Source: a bacterium
GTDB taxonomy: Bacteria > Bacteroidota > Bacteroidia > Bacteroidales > UBA932
DNA length: 63,196 bases
Reading direction: 5' to 3'
Assembly (NCBI GenBank): GCA_963626825.1
Contig: CAVFXO010000032.1
Location: 1 to 63,196, forward strand
The notes under the pieces are model-generated. The model did no database searches and was not told the DNA's origin. It worked only from the letters and a program-made list of their open reading frames with translations. Positions within the stretch are counted from its first letter, which is position 1; each line of letters opens with the position of its first letter. Of this stretch, positions 36,507-46,322 are shown one piece after another. The translations under genes were made by a program, and so were the position numbers.

Positions 36507-37544
36507 TTAAACCTCAAGCGAAGTATTGAATTCTCTTAAGAATCGTAAGTCGTTTTCGAAATAGTGACGAAGATCGTTAACCTGCCACTTTAGCATAGCT
36601 ATACGCTCAAGTCCCATACCGAAAGCGAATCCGCTGTACTTCTTGCTGTCTATCCCGGATGCCTCGAGCACGTTAGGATCCACCATACCGCAACCCAGGA
36701 TCTCGAGCCAACCGGTTCCCTTGCAGATGTTACATCCCTTACCGTGACAGATATTGCAGCTTACATCCACCTCAGCCGAAGGCTCAGTGAATGGGAAGTA
36801 GCTCGGACGCATACGGATCTGAGTCTGTGGGCCGAACATCTCACGGGCGAAAAGCAGAATGGCCTGCTTAAGGTCGGCGAATGTCACGTTCTCATCTATA
36901 TAGAGACCTTCCAATTGATGGAAGATGCAGTGTGCACGTGCGCTGATGGCCTCATTACGGAACACTCTTCCCGGGCAGACCACGCGGATAGGAAGCGGCA
37001 TAGTCTCCATAGCCCTTACCTGTACGCTGGAAGTGTGTGTGCGAAGAAGAAGCGGGTTGAGGTGTCCTGCCGATATGAAGAAGGTGTCCTGCATATCACG
37101 GGCAGGGTGATTGGCAGGGAAGTTGAGAGCCTCGAACACGTGATGATCGTCCTCTATCTCAGGGCCTTCGGCTACATCGTAACCGAATTTGCGGAAGATA
37201 CTTACGATCTCCTCGCGGACCATACTTACAGGGTGACGGGAACCGAGTTCAAGTTCATCTCCAGGAAGAGAAAGGTCTTCCATAACGCCCAGATCGGAAC
37301 TTGCACTCTCAAGAGTAGCCTTAAGTTCTTCGATCTTGGCTATGGCAGCCTGCTTCAGTTCATTCAGAGGCTTGCCGAACTCCCTCTTGGAATCCTTGTC
37401 CACGGTGCGGAACTCCTCGAAAAGCGCCGTAATCTCGCCTTTCTTACCCAGATAACGGATCCTGGCGTCCTCCACCATCTTCACAGAAGTGCACTTGAGT
37501 TCGTTAAGTTCACCGATAATTCTCTCTATGTCTTCCTTTTTCAT
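36507..37544 (-). CDS. pheS: Phenylalanine-tRNA ligase alpha subunit
   Basis: HPARDMQDTF, LRTHTS, YFPFTEPS and GFAFGMG motifs. Confidence 0.98.
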   Translation of the reverse strand: MKKEDIERIIGELNELKCTSVKMVEDARIRYLGKKGEITALFEEFRTVDKDSKREFGKPLNELKQAAIAKIEELKATLESASSDLGVMEDLSLPGDELELGSRHPVSMVREEIVSIFRKFGYDVAEGPEIEDDHHVFEALNFPANHPARDMQDTFFISAGHLNPLLLRTHTSSVQVRAMETMPLPIRVVCPGRVFRNEAISARAHCIFHQLEGLYIDENVTFADLKQAILLFAREMFGPQTQIRMRPSYFPFTEPSAEVDVSCNICHGKGCNICKGTGWLEILGCGMVDPNVLEASGIDSKKYSGFAFGMGLERIAMLKWQVNDLRHYFENDLRFLREFNTSLEV

Positions 37545-37639
37545 ATCTACTCAAGTTTCGCAAGTGATAATAATTATTATTAATATATAGCATTGTGCGG
37601 CACTTACGAAACTTTCTTCCCGCGCACACGCTACGCTTT

Positions 37640-37737
37640 TAGACTACTACGTTACCCTATCCCTAAATCCCTTTCCTCGGGAAAGGGACTTGCTATCGGC
37701 CTTTCAGGCCTCCACATCTGTTTTTCGCAATGCGAAA
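37640..37737. repeat. REP-like multi-hairpin element
   Basis: Stems TCCCTTTCC/GGAAAGGGA, GGCCT/AGGCC and TTTCGCA/TGCGAAA; an 18-mer is shared (16/18) with 28789-28806. Confidence 0.55.
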
Positions 37738-37747
37738 CATATAATAT

Positions 37748-38146
37748 CTATTTGCTCCTTTTGCTTGCTCTTTTATCTCTGGCTTTCTTCTCGCGCGCCG
37801 CTCCCTGCTTAAGGTACTTGGCCCACTGATCTTCATTCAAAACCTTGGCGATAGAATTGTACATCTGCTCATTCCATCTGTCCTGAACTTGGATGTAAAT
37901 GTCTGATCCTTCGACCTTTGCCTTGTTCTTTTGCTCAAGTTCGGCGATCATCGCGCCGTAATCGTGAGTAAGAATGGAATCCAAGTAGAATACCTGCCAA
38001 TACTCAAGGTCGAGGGTCTTTTCGTACTTCTCTATGGTCTTGTCTATGCTCTCGCGCAGCTGCTTCTCCTTATCCGCAGGGGAAGATTCCTGAGCGAAGA
38101 CAGACGCTGAAACCAGCAGAGAAAGGACTATCCAGAAATATTTCAT
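37748..38146 (-). CDS. Small secreted helical hypothetical protein
   Basis: Signal peptide MKYFWIVLSLLVSASVFA and a VLNEDQWAKY motif. Start trimmed to ATG 38146. Confidence 0.75.
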   Translation of the reverse strand: MKYFWIVLSLLVSASVFAQESSPADKEKQLRESIDKTIEKYEKTLDLEYWQVFYLDSILTHDYGAMIAELEQKNKAKVEGSDIYIQVQDRWNEQMYNSIAKVLNEDQWAKYLKQGAAREKKARDKRASKRSK

Positions 38147-38192
38147 TAGATTTGTATTCAAAATCGTACAAAAATACACAATTATAAACAAA

Positions 38193-39884
38193 ATGAAAAA
38201 GGTTCTCACCATTCTGGCGTCATTGGCGCTGTTTTTCCAGATCGACGCGCTCGCTTGCACTAACGTCATCATCACAAAAGGGGCTTCCGCCGACGCCTCA
38301 TCCATCATCTCATACGCCGCCGACTCGCACTGGCTATACGGAGAACTCTATTTTCACAAGGCCGCACGCCATCCGCTTGGCAGTCTAAGACAGATTATCG
38401 AGTGGGACACAAACAAGCCGCTCGGCTATATCCCCGAGGTCGAATACACCTACCAGACGATGGGCAATATGAATGAGTATCAGCTCATTATCGCCGAGAC
38501 CACCTGGGGAGGCCGCGAGAGTCAGATCAACCCGGACGGCATTATGGACTACGGCTCGCTCATCTACGTCACCCTGCAGAGGGCGAAGACCGCGCGCGAA
38601 GCGATAACGTGCATAGCCGAATTGGCCAATACCTACGGCTACCCGTCCGAAGGCGAGACCTTCTCCATCGCGGACACTCAGGAAGCGTGGATTATGGAGC
38701 TCGTGGGCAAGGGCGAAGAGAAGGGAATTGTGTGGGTGGCGCGCCGCATCCCCGACGGGTACATCTGTGCACATGCCAATCAGGCCAGAATCGGCACTTT
38801 CCCTCAGGACGACCCCGAGAACTGCCTCTTCGCGCCGGACGTAATCTCTTATGCGCGTCGAATGGGCTGGTACGAAGGTGAGGACAAGGATTTCAACTTC
38901 CGCCACGCCTACAACCCTATGGATTGGGGCGGTGCGAGAGGGTGCGAGGCCAGAGCCTGGTCAGCGTTCAACATCCTCTGTGACGGAGAGTTCACCTACG
39001 AGAAGGACGGAAAGACGGTGTGCGAGAGCGCCGACAGCTACCTGCAGCACGCGATGGGATACGAGCTCGACCACGAGATGCCGCTGTTCGTCAAGCCGGC
39101 CCGCAAACTGACCGTGAAGGACGTGGCCGACGTGATGCGCGACCATTACGAGAACACCCCTATGGATATGAGAACCGATGTGGGAGCGGGCGGGAACGCC
39201 TGTCCATACCGCTGGAGGCCAATGTATTACGAAATGGACGGTAAGACCTATGCCAATGAGCGCGCCATCGCCACTCAGCAGACCGGATTCTGGTTCGTGG
39301 CACAGTCCAGAGGCTATCTTCCTCGCGAAGCCGGAGCCCTGGTGTGGTTCGGATGCGACGATGCGGCGACCTCATACCTGACGCCTTGCTACGTTAATTC
39401 TACCGCAGTGCCGGAATGCTTCCGCGAAGGTAACGGCAACCTTCTCTCATATTCAGAGACCTCTGCCTTCTGGGCTTGCAACCGCATAGCCCAGTCCTGC
39501 TACAAGATGTATAACTTTATGGAGCCTGTGGTGCGCGCCCAGGCAGACGCGTGGGAGAACGAGAACATCACCTCTGCCGTGCCGCAGATGGACGAGAAAC
39601 TCTGCGCCCTGATCGAAAAAGGCAAAACAAAAAAGGCCATAAAGGAGATGACCAGGTTCACAGCCACTCAGGCTCAGACCATCTTCGACAAATGGACTGA
39701 TCTGGACAAACTCCTGCTGGTCAAATTCATAGACGGCAACGTGAAAGCCCAGAACCCTGACGGCAGCTTCGTTCACAGCCAATGGAGCGAAGGCATTCCC
39801 GACGGCCTCACCCAGCCGGGCTACACCGAGCACTTCCTGAAGTGCATCGTGCAGGACCACGGCGAGGCGCTGGAGGTGAAATAA
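38193..39884 (+). CDS. C69 family dipeptidase
   Basis: Signal peptide followed by the Ntn nucleophile ACTN; GNMNEYQL and HANQARI motifs. Confidence 0.92.
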   Translation: MKKVLTILASLALFFQIDALACTNVIITKGASADASSIISYAADSHWLYGELYFHKAARHPLGSLRQIIEWDTNKPLGYIPEVEYTYQTMGNMNEYQLIIAETTWGGRESQINPDGIMDYGSLIYVTLQRAKTAREAITCIAELANTYGYPSEGETFSIADTQEAWIMELVGKGEEKGIVWVARRIPDGYICAHANQARIGTFPQDDPENCLFAPDVISYARRMGWYEGEDKDFNFRHAYNPMDWGGARGCEARAWSAFNILCDGEFTYEKDGKTVCESADSYLQHAMGYELDHEMPLFVKPARKLTVKDVADVMRDHYENTPMDMRTDVGAGGNACPYRWRPMYYEMDGKTYANERAIATQQTGFWFVAQSRGYLPREAGALVWFGCDDAATSYLTPCYVNSTAVPECFREGNGNLLSYSETSAFWACNRIAQSCYKMYNFMEPVVRAQADAWENENITSAVPQMDEKLCALIEKGKTKKAIKEMTRFTATQAQTIFDKWTDLDKLLLVKFIDGNVKAQNPDGSFVHSQWSEGIPDGLTQPGYTEHFLKCIVQDHGEALEVK

Positions 39885-39891
39885 GATTTAA

Positions 39892-42474
39892 TTAATTATC
39901 AATCTGCACCTTATGATGTCCCGCCTTAAGATTTCGAGACGGACATCCGGAGAGATTAAGCGTAGCTGTGCAGCCCACAGGGACATCGATTTCAAGCACC
40001 ACGGTATCTCCCTTGCGCTCCCAGGCCGAGGAAACAGTTCCGCGGATGCTGTCGTATGAAGCGGCGGCGGAGTCGAGTCCGCCAGGGAAATGAGGTGCGA
40101 TTACGATATTGGCAAAGCCCGGAGCAGACTTGTCAGGATTGATTCCGGCAAGATCAGAAACATACCAGGCGGCGATGTCTCCGAGGAAGGCGTGGTCCAG
40201 AGACGAATCCTTCCAGTCCGGACGCAGCACCCAAGTCTCGCAGAGGGTAGTCATCCCCTTCTTTATCCAACCACCCCAGTTCGGGCTTTCTTCCTTTGCG
40301 GCAAGTCTATAGGCGATATCAACGTGCCCGTATCTGGTCAACATTCTCGGAACGGTCTTGCTTCCCATTGAGCCAAATTCCACGAAGTAATCGTTTTCCA
40401 CTATGCTTCGTGCCAGATTGTCGGCCACGGCCTGCTCCCTGCCTTCGGGCACAAGACCGAAATAGAGAGCTATGCCCTGAGCAGCCTGGGAACCGTTGGC
40501 ATAGAGATTGGCCTTTTCATCAAACCATTTGGCATTGACGGCATTGCGGATCGCCTGCGCCTTGGCGAGATACGGGGCCGGATCCTCACCGACCAGACCG
40601 GCGAAACGCGCCATCACGCAGTAATCCTTATAGTAGAAGCACGGAGTCGTGAATTCGGTCGGAGTCGCGACATTAAGATATACCCAGTCTCCGATTCCGT
40701 AGGTCGGAAGCCCGTCGGCACCCTCACGGGTAGAAAGATATTCCAGATAACGCTTATAGACAGGCCAAAGCGCCCGTATGTGGTCATCGACTCCGGTGTA
40801 GTCATAGACCAGCTCGGCTATCGTAAAAATCGAAGAATCCCATACAGGGCCGATCCAGTCGTCATATCCCCATCCCCAGTCCGGCATTATGCCGGAAATC
40901 CGGCCGTCAGGCCGTATGTTGTCAATTACGTCGCCAGGCCACTTGTTGAGAAAGTACGGCGCCATATCGAAGTTCAGCAGAGCAAGTTCGGTCGTAAGGA
41001 AATTGTCCGCAGTCCAGCCGTTCTTCTCACGGTGCGGGCAATCGGTAAAGATGGAGTGGAGATTGTTAAGATATGTCCGGCGGGCCATCTCCCATACGGT
41101 GTTGAGAGTCTGGTTGGAGCAGTGGAACTCCCCTGCGGACGCCACGTCCGTATGCACCGCGATCGCGGTTATGTTGTCGGCGTTCAGCTTCATCGGACGG
41201 TCAGTCCTCACTTCGGCATAACGGAATCCGTGATAAACGAATGACGGACTCCAGACTTCCCTTTCGCCGCCCCTGAGGATATAGACATCCCGCTGGAAAT
41301 CATATCCCGGGACCGGAGTGAAGTAGCAGTTGATGTTTTTATATTCCAGCGTACCGTCCTCAAGCTGTATCTCAGCGTGATCGAGAGTGAGGCGCGTCCC
41401 GGCTTCCCCCTCGACTGAAATCTCGCAGACTCCGGCCATATTCTCGCCGAAGTCAAATACATAGCAGGTGTCGCCCCAGGACTTGACGCTCACTGGAGTG
41501 AACCTGCGCGTCCCGGCTATAGACTGCATCATCTGGGACTTCAGCAGCGGAGACGGAGCCCCATACGCTGTAGCCTGTGCCCAACGGCAGTCATCGAAGC
41601 CCGGACAGTCCCAACCCGGAAATTCCTTTCTGGCGTCATAGACATCGCCGGCATAGATGTTTGTGGTGATGTACGGACCGTCGGAGCAAGTCTTCCAGGA
41701 AGAGTCGGTAGGCACAATCTGACGGGAGCCGTCGGCATAGACGATGTGCAGTTCAGCAATCATCTTCGCCCTTCCTCTCCAGGCGGCCTTTTCAAAGTAC
41801 CATACGGACACCGGCTGGATCTCATTGTAAAATCCGTTGCCAAGCACGGCACCGATGCAGTTGCTCCCTTCCTTCACAAGAGAGGTGACATCATAGGTAC
41901 AGAACAGGTTGCGCTTGTCGTAGGCGGTATATCCCGGCTCAAGACGGGATGCGCCGGCGACTTTCTCGCCGTTGAGAGTAACAACGGCATACGCGGCCGC
42001 GCTGACATAAAGCCTTGCGTATGCTATGTTCCCATTGGCATTGAACTCTTTACGAAGCATCGGAACAGACGGATCGTCCTTACCGGCCGCATCGCTGATC
42101 CATACTCCCGTCCAGTCGGCGGAGCTGAGAGGCCCTGTAGAGAACCTGGCGACCGGAGACAACAGCTCGCGGCTGTGGTCCGCATTCCACGCTCTCACCC
42201 TCCAGCAGTAATCGGTAAAAGGCTGAAGGACCGCCGGGCGCACACCCTCCGAAAGGGAATCCGGGCAGGTGGCTATCTCTATCTCGTAGCCAGCCTCGAT
42301 GAAATCCTGTCCTGCCGAACCGGTGTAAGTCCAGCTGAACCGGGGAGACTGAGAATCCACGGCAATAGGCTCGGTGAGGGATTCACATTTCATATTTGTG
42401 ATGCTCTCCCGCGGCGAACTGCAGCCGAAGAGTAAAATGCCCGATAAAAGGAAGAAATGCGTGAACTGTTTCAT
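39892..42474 (-). CDS. Alpha-L-rhamnosidase, GH78
   Basis: VFDFGENMAG, YHGFRY, TDCPHREKNGWTAD, TTLCETW and SLDHA motifs; lipobox. Start at ATG 42474. Confidence 0.92.
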   Translation of the reverse strand: MKQFTHFFLLSGILLFGCSSPRESITNMKCESLTEPIAVDSQSPRFSWTYTGSAGQDFIEAGYEIEIATCPDSLSEGVRPAVLQPFTDYCWRVRAWNADHSRELLSPVARFSTGPLSSADWTGVWISDAAGKDDPSVPMLRKEFNANGNIAYARLYVSAAAYAVVTLNGEKVAGASRLEPGYTAYDKRNLFCTYDVTSLVKEGSNCIGAVLGNGFYNEIQPVSVWYFEKAAWRGRAKMIAELHIVYADGSRQIVPTDSSWKTCSDGPYITTNIYAGDVYDARKEFPGWDCPGFDDCRWAQATAYGAPSPLLKSQMMQSIAGTRRFTPVSVKSWGDTCYVFDFGENMAGVCEISVEGEAGTRLTLDHAEIQLEDGTLEYKNINCYFTPVPGYDFQRDVYILRGGEREVWSPSFVYHGFRYAEVRTDRPMKLNADNITAIAVHTDVASAGEFHCSNQTLNTVWEMARRTYLNNLHSIFTDCPHREKNGWTADNFLTTELALLNFDMAPYFLNKWPGDVIDNIRPDGRISGIMPDWGWGYDDWIGPVWDSSIFTIAELVYDYTGVDDHIRALWPVYKRYLEYLSTREGADGLPTYGIGDWVYLNVATPTEFTTPCFYYKDYCVMARFAGLVGEDPAPYLAKAQAIRNAVNAKWFDEKANLYANGSQAAQGIALYFGLVPEGREQAVADNLARSIVENDYFVEFGSMGSKTVPRMLTRYGHVDIAYRLAAKEESPNWGGWIKKGMTTLCETWVLRPDWKDSSLDHAFLGDIAAWYVSDLAGINPDKSAPGFANIVIAPHFPGGLDSAAASYDSIRGTVSSAWERKGDTVVLEIDVPVGCTATLNLSGCPSRNLKAGHHKVQIDN

Positions 42475-42497
42475 ATCCTGATGCTTAAAAATACAAA

Positions 42498-42528
42498 CTT
42501 CTGCCGACACGAAAGATGCCGGCAGAAG
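42498..42528 (-). terminator. Terminator-like hairpin between GH5 and GH78
   Basis: CTTCTGCCG / CGGCAGAAG stem followed by TTTGTATTTTT on the minus strand. Confidence 0.6.
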
Positions 42529-42535
42529 GAAAAAG

Positions 42536-43792
42536 TTAATTTACACTGTTGATCTGTTCATTGGCGGACTTGACGATAGACAGAGTCGTCGTATCGCAGT
42601 CATATACCGAGAACATGCCCTGCGGCTCGAACGGAGGGTCGCCGATAAGGTCATCTCCATCTTCCCACAGCACGTCACGCTGACGGCCGGCGCCTGCAAA
42701 GGCCCAGAAATTCGCCCCGGCCAGGACATCGCCCTCGCGGGCAGACTTGACCACCATATCAAAAAGCCAGGTATAATACTGGTCGCGGCGGTTGGTAGAT
42801 GTCGCTATGTCATATGACCTTTCACCGTTCACGAGATCGCGCAGGAGACCGAATTCCTCCACGACAAGCGGCTTGTTCAGTCTGCGCGCCACATCTATGT
42901 GTTTCTGAAGATGTGCCATGCTGTCGCCATAGAGGTCCTTGAAGCCCCAGTTATCAGGCCAGCAGTGGAATGTGCAATATGAGAAAAGCGGGTCGGAGTG
43001 GATGACTTCGTAATCCCCCGGAATGTTTTCGCATCCCTGCTGTCCTTCGCAACCGGTGGAAATCATATGATTCGGATCGATGCTGCGGATGATTTCGGCG
43101 GAGTGATGCATATATTCGATGAACTGCGGGTGAAGTTCATCCTTGAATGCGCGAGGCTCATTGGCAATCTGCCAGGAGAAGATGGTCGGATCATCCTTGT
43201 ATGCAACTCCGGTGATGGAGTTGGTACGGCTGACCATAGTGCGGAGATACTTGTAGAACATCTCCTTCGTATCGTCACGGCTGATGAAGCGGCTCGCAAA
43301 TTCCGGGTAGTCAGGTCCCCAATAAGACGGCGGTTCCTCACCCGTGGCTTTCTTGACATAATACGTATATCCTCCGCTCCACGGGCAGTGGTTGTTGAAA
43401 TACAGTATGGCAGTCATTCCCCTCTTGCCAAGTTCTGCCATAAAGTAATCCAGACCCACGAGAAGATCTTCGTCGAGTACGCCCGGCTCACTCTGGAGAT
43501 AAGGGATGATGGAACGGTTGTTCACTCCGTTCTCGTCGGCCCCGGCAAGCACGCGGAGGTTGGTCACACCTGCAGCCTGAAGGACGTCGAGATCGTGGGA
43601 AAGCCGCTCTCTGTCACCTCCTTTACCAGGCGAAGCCAACACTGGGCCTACCCAGTAGTTGACTCCGACATAATAATACGGCTTGCCGTCACGTATGAAC
43701 TGCGTTCCGTCGGTCGTAACGAATCGTGACGATTCTCCGGCGCACGAAGACAGGACGGCAGCCGCCATAAGAATGGAAAGAATCCTCTTCAT
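42536..43792 (-). CDS. GH5 beta-mannanase/mannosidase-like lipoprotein (GH5_7-like)
   Basis: YKDDPTIFSWQIANEPR acid/base, KPLVVEEFG nucleophile and GANFWAF motifs. Confidence 0.85.
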   Translation of the reverse strand: MKRILSILMAAAVLSSCAGESSRFVTTDGTQFIRDGKPYYYVGVNYWVGPVLASPGKGGDRERLSHDLDVLQAAGVTNLRVLAGADENGVNNRSIIPYLQSEPGVLDEDLLVGLDYFMAELGKRGMTAILYFNNHCPWSGGYTYYVKKATGEEPPSYWGPDYPEFASRFISRDDTKEMFYKYLRTMVSRTNSITGVAYKDDPTIFSWQIANEPRAFKDELHPQFIEYMHHSAEIIRSIDPNHMISTGCEGQQGCENIPGDYEVIHSDPLFSYCTFHCWPDNWGFKDLYGDSMAHLQKHIDVARRLNKPLVVEEFGLLRDLVNGERSYDIATSTNRRDQYYTWLFDMVVKSAREGDVLAGANFWAFAGAGRQRDVLWEDGDDLIGDPPFEPQGMFSVYDCDTTTLSIVKSANEQINSVN

Positions 43793-44934
43793 TAATCCTC
43801 TGCAGCTGTCATTGCGTTAGGATCCTCCTTGTAAGACTTCACGGTGAAGGTGTCGTCGTAGTTGTTCAGGTCGTGAACGATAACGGTTGCACCCTTCTCC
43901 CAGGCAGCCTTGATGACATTGCGAAGTCCGCCGCCTGTCCAGTTGTGGTTGAAGACCTCGGAGTCGATGTGAATCTCGGCGTCGTCAGCAATCACGATAT
44001 CCTTGACATTGCCTGATCCTCTCCAGTGGTTGAAATCCTTGTTGTATTCACCGCCTTTGATGTATGTGCGGGCGAAGTTGGCATATTTAAGTCCGGTGTA
44101 ACCCTCTACATTGACATTGGTACCGATGCACATAACCCAGTCAGCTCCTGATGCGAGATGCATATCGAAATGAGTGATAGGAGAGCCGTCGAAGTTGCCA
44201 CCCTTCATGTTAGGTCCGAGAACGACTTTCTCAAGACTTGCGCAGGAAGCGGCGCGAACCTGAATATATGCAGTCCAGTTGGAGAAATCCATCTCTTTGA
44301 TGTTGCCGCAGCCCCAGCAGATGAAATTCTTGTATTCCTCGTCGGTCATCTGCTTGAGACCCTTGCCAAGGTTCTCGAATACCTCGATGCCCTCGAAAGA
44401 AGTAGCTCCGTTGCCGTCAACTGCGAGCACACCCCACTCGTTGTCACACTTGGAGTCCTGAATGAGAGCCTTTGCGGCAGTAACGTCAAGAAGGTTGCAT
44501 TCACCGATCATGGCAGCAACGTCGCCGTTGTGCTGCTTGAGGGAAGCGAGAAGCTCCTTGTCCTTGATTACGAAGCCGTCAGCTTCAGTAGGAGCGTTGA
44601 CCTTGATGTCTCCGGAAATAGCCTCGGTTGCGCCGTCGCGCCAGAGATATGCGGTCACTGTCTGTCCCTTTGATTCAGAGTATGCGTCGATACCGAAAGT
44701 TACTCCCGTCTCGGTGATGACGTAGTGTGTAAGAGCCTCAGATGCATCACCCCAGGCGATGTAAAGTGAGTCTGTCTCCTGGAAACGTGAGCCCTCGATT
44801 TTAACTGAGGCAGGAATACCTGCGGTCACGGTTCCTGAGTAAGGAGTAGGTATGTCAACGAGTGACTGCTCCTCTTTCTGACATGCGCAAATGGCCAGAG
44901 CCGCGCAGAAGATTGCTGAAAATGTCTTTTTCAT
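43792..44934 (-). CDS. PUL surface lipoprotein (LRR-like), paralog of 44986-46281
   Basis: Lipobox ICAC; shares sequence blocks with its neighbour. Confidence 0.7.
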   Translation of the reverse strand: MKKTFSAIFCAALAICACQKEEQSLVDIPTPYSGTVTAGIPASVKIEGSRFQETDSLYIAWGDASEALTHYVITETGVTFGIDAYSESKGQTVTAYLWRDGATEAISGDIKVNAPTEADGFVIKDKELLASLKQHNGDVAAMIGECNLLDVTAAKALIQDSKCDNEWGVLAVDGNGATSFEGIEVFENLGKGLKQMTDEEYKNFICWGCGNIKEMDFSNWTAYIQVRAASCASLEKVVLGPNMKGGNFDGSPITHFDMHLASGADWVMCIGTNVNVEGYTGLKYANFARTYIKGGEYNKDFNHWRGSGNVKDIVIADDAEIHIDSEVFNHNWTGGGLRNVIKAAWEKGATVIVHDLNNYDDTFTVKSYKEDPNAMTAAED

Positions 44935-44985
44935 TTTTTTGATTGTTTAAAAAGTTATTAGTTATACTATGGTAATGTATCGTTA

Positions 44986-46281
44986 TTATGCTACTGGACG
45001 GGTTGCGGACTCGTCGCGGTCCGGAGTGTAAGGGTCGTCGATCTTCCATCCGTTGGTAGTGTAGCCTTCTTCTTCTCCCTCAAGGCAGTCCCAGTTGGTA
45101 GCGGAGAGAGCGTTCGGGTCTTCCGCATAGGCAGGAACGGTGCCGAGCTTCTCGTCTATATTGATGCAGGAGTACACCTCGATGGTGGCGCCAGCCTTCC
45201 AGGCATCATAAATTTTCTCCCAGGATTTTTCGACTTTATGGCGGATGAGATAGTAGGAATCTATCTTGATAAGGGCATCAGGCTGTATTCCGTTACCGAA
45301 GTTCAAGCTTCCGGACTCACAGTTAGGCAGGTAATCCACACCGGCTTCTCCCTTCTGGCAATGACGGATGTCAAGGTACTTGATCTTGCATCCTGAAGTA
45401 CAAAGCCAGAGAGCCTTGTTGCTAAGGTGCATATCCACATATTCCAGATTCTCGCAGTCGTCGAGAACGGCACCGAACATATTCGGTCCGCAGATGAACT
45501 TGGTGAGGGCCTTGCAGGTATTGAGACGGATTTTGACCGGAGCCTTCCATGCAGAGAAATCGAGCTCCTTAACCCCCTGGCTGAACCAGGCGCACACATT
45601 CATACCTTCAGTAGTCTCGTCTGTCTGACCGTCAGAGCCATCGTGAGACATATAGTCCGAGCCCAGAGACTCGAAGAGTTCAAGACCGCGCCAATCTGAA
45701 GAAACAGCCCAGGAAATATCGAACGGCCAGCCCTCGACAGGGTTAGGCTCACGCGTTAGCGCCTTGGCCTGAGCCACATCGATAAGTCCGCAGGAACCGG
45801 TCATAGCCACCACGGAAGGATTCTTGATGGTAAGATCGGCATAGAACTGCTGATCCGGAATGAAACCTTCTTCGATGGTAGGAGTGGTAACGGTGATGTC
45901 ACCGGAAATCTTCATCCTCTGATATCCGTCACGGTGAAGATATACATTCACCGTCCTCTCCCTGGCTGCGGAATAGCAATGGATTCCGAAAGATATGCGG
46001 GTACGGCGGATTTCGAGAGAAGCGTTGGTCACTTCTTCAAACGCAAGGGAATCGGCATCATTCCAACCGAGCCAGATGTGGTCTGTCATTTCGTCGAAGT
46101 CTCCACCCTTTATGGTGATTGATGAAGGATCGCCGGCCTTGACGGTCGTGGAGATCATCTCATCGATCACGACATCCGTAAGCTCAGGATCGACCTTGGG
46201 AGCGTCGGGATCAGAATTGGTCTTCTGGCAGGCGCTGATAACAGCGGCCGCAGACAACAACAATATTAAAGTCTTTTTCAT
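44986..46281 (-). CDS. PUL surface lipoprotein (LRR-like)
   Basis: Lipobox ISAC; LxxLD-type repeats (VKELDF, LEYVDM, IKYLDI). Confidence 0.7.
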   Translation of the reverse strand: MKKTLILLLSAAAVISACQKTNSDPDAPKVDPELTDVVIDEMISTTVKAGDPSSITIKGGDFDEMTDHIWLGWNDADSLAFEEVTNASLEIRRTRISFGIHCYSAARERTVNVYLHRDGYQRMKISGDITVTTPTIEEGFIPDQQFYADLTIKNPSVVAMTGSCGLIDVAQAKALTREPNPVEGWPFDISWAVSSDWRGLELFESLGSDYMSHDGSDGQTDETTEGMNVCAWFSQGVKELDFSAWKAPVKIRLNTCKALTKFICGPNMFGAVLDDCENLEYVDMHLSNKALWLCTSGCKIKYLDIRHCQKGEAGVDYLPNCESGSLNFGNGIQPDALIKIDSYYLIRHKVEKSWEKIYDAWKAGATIEVYSCINIDEKLGTVPAYAEDPNALSATNWDCLEGEEEGYTTNGWKIDDPYTPDRDESATRPVA

Positions 46282-46322
46282 ATTGAATAAATGGATTGGT
46301 TATATCTCTTTAATCTATCAGT

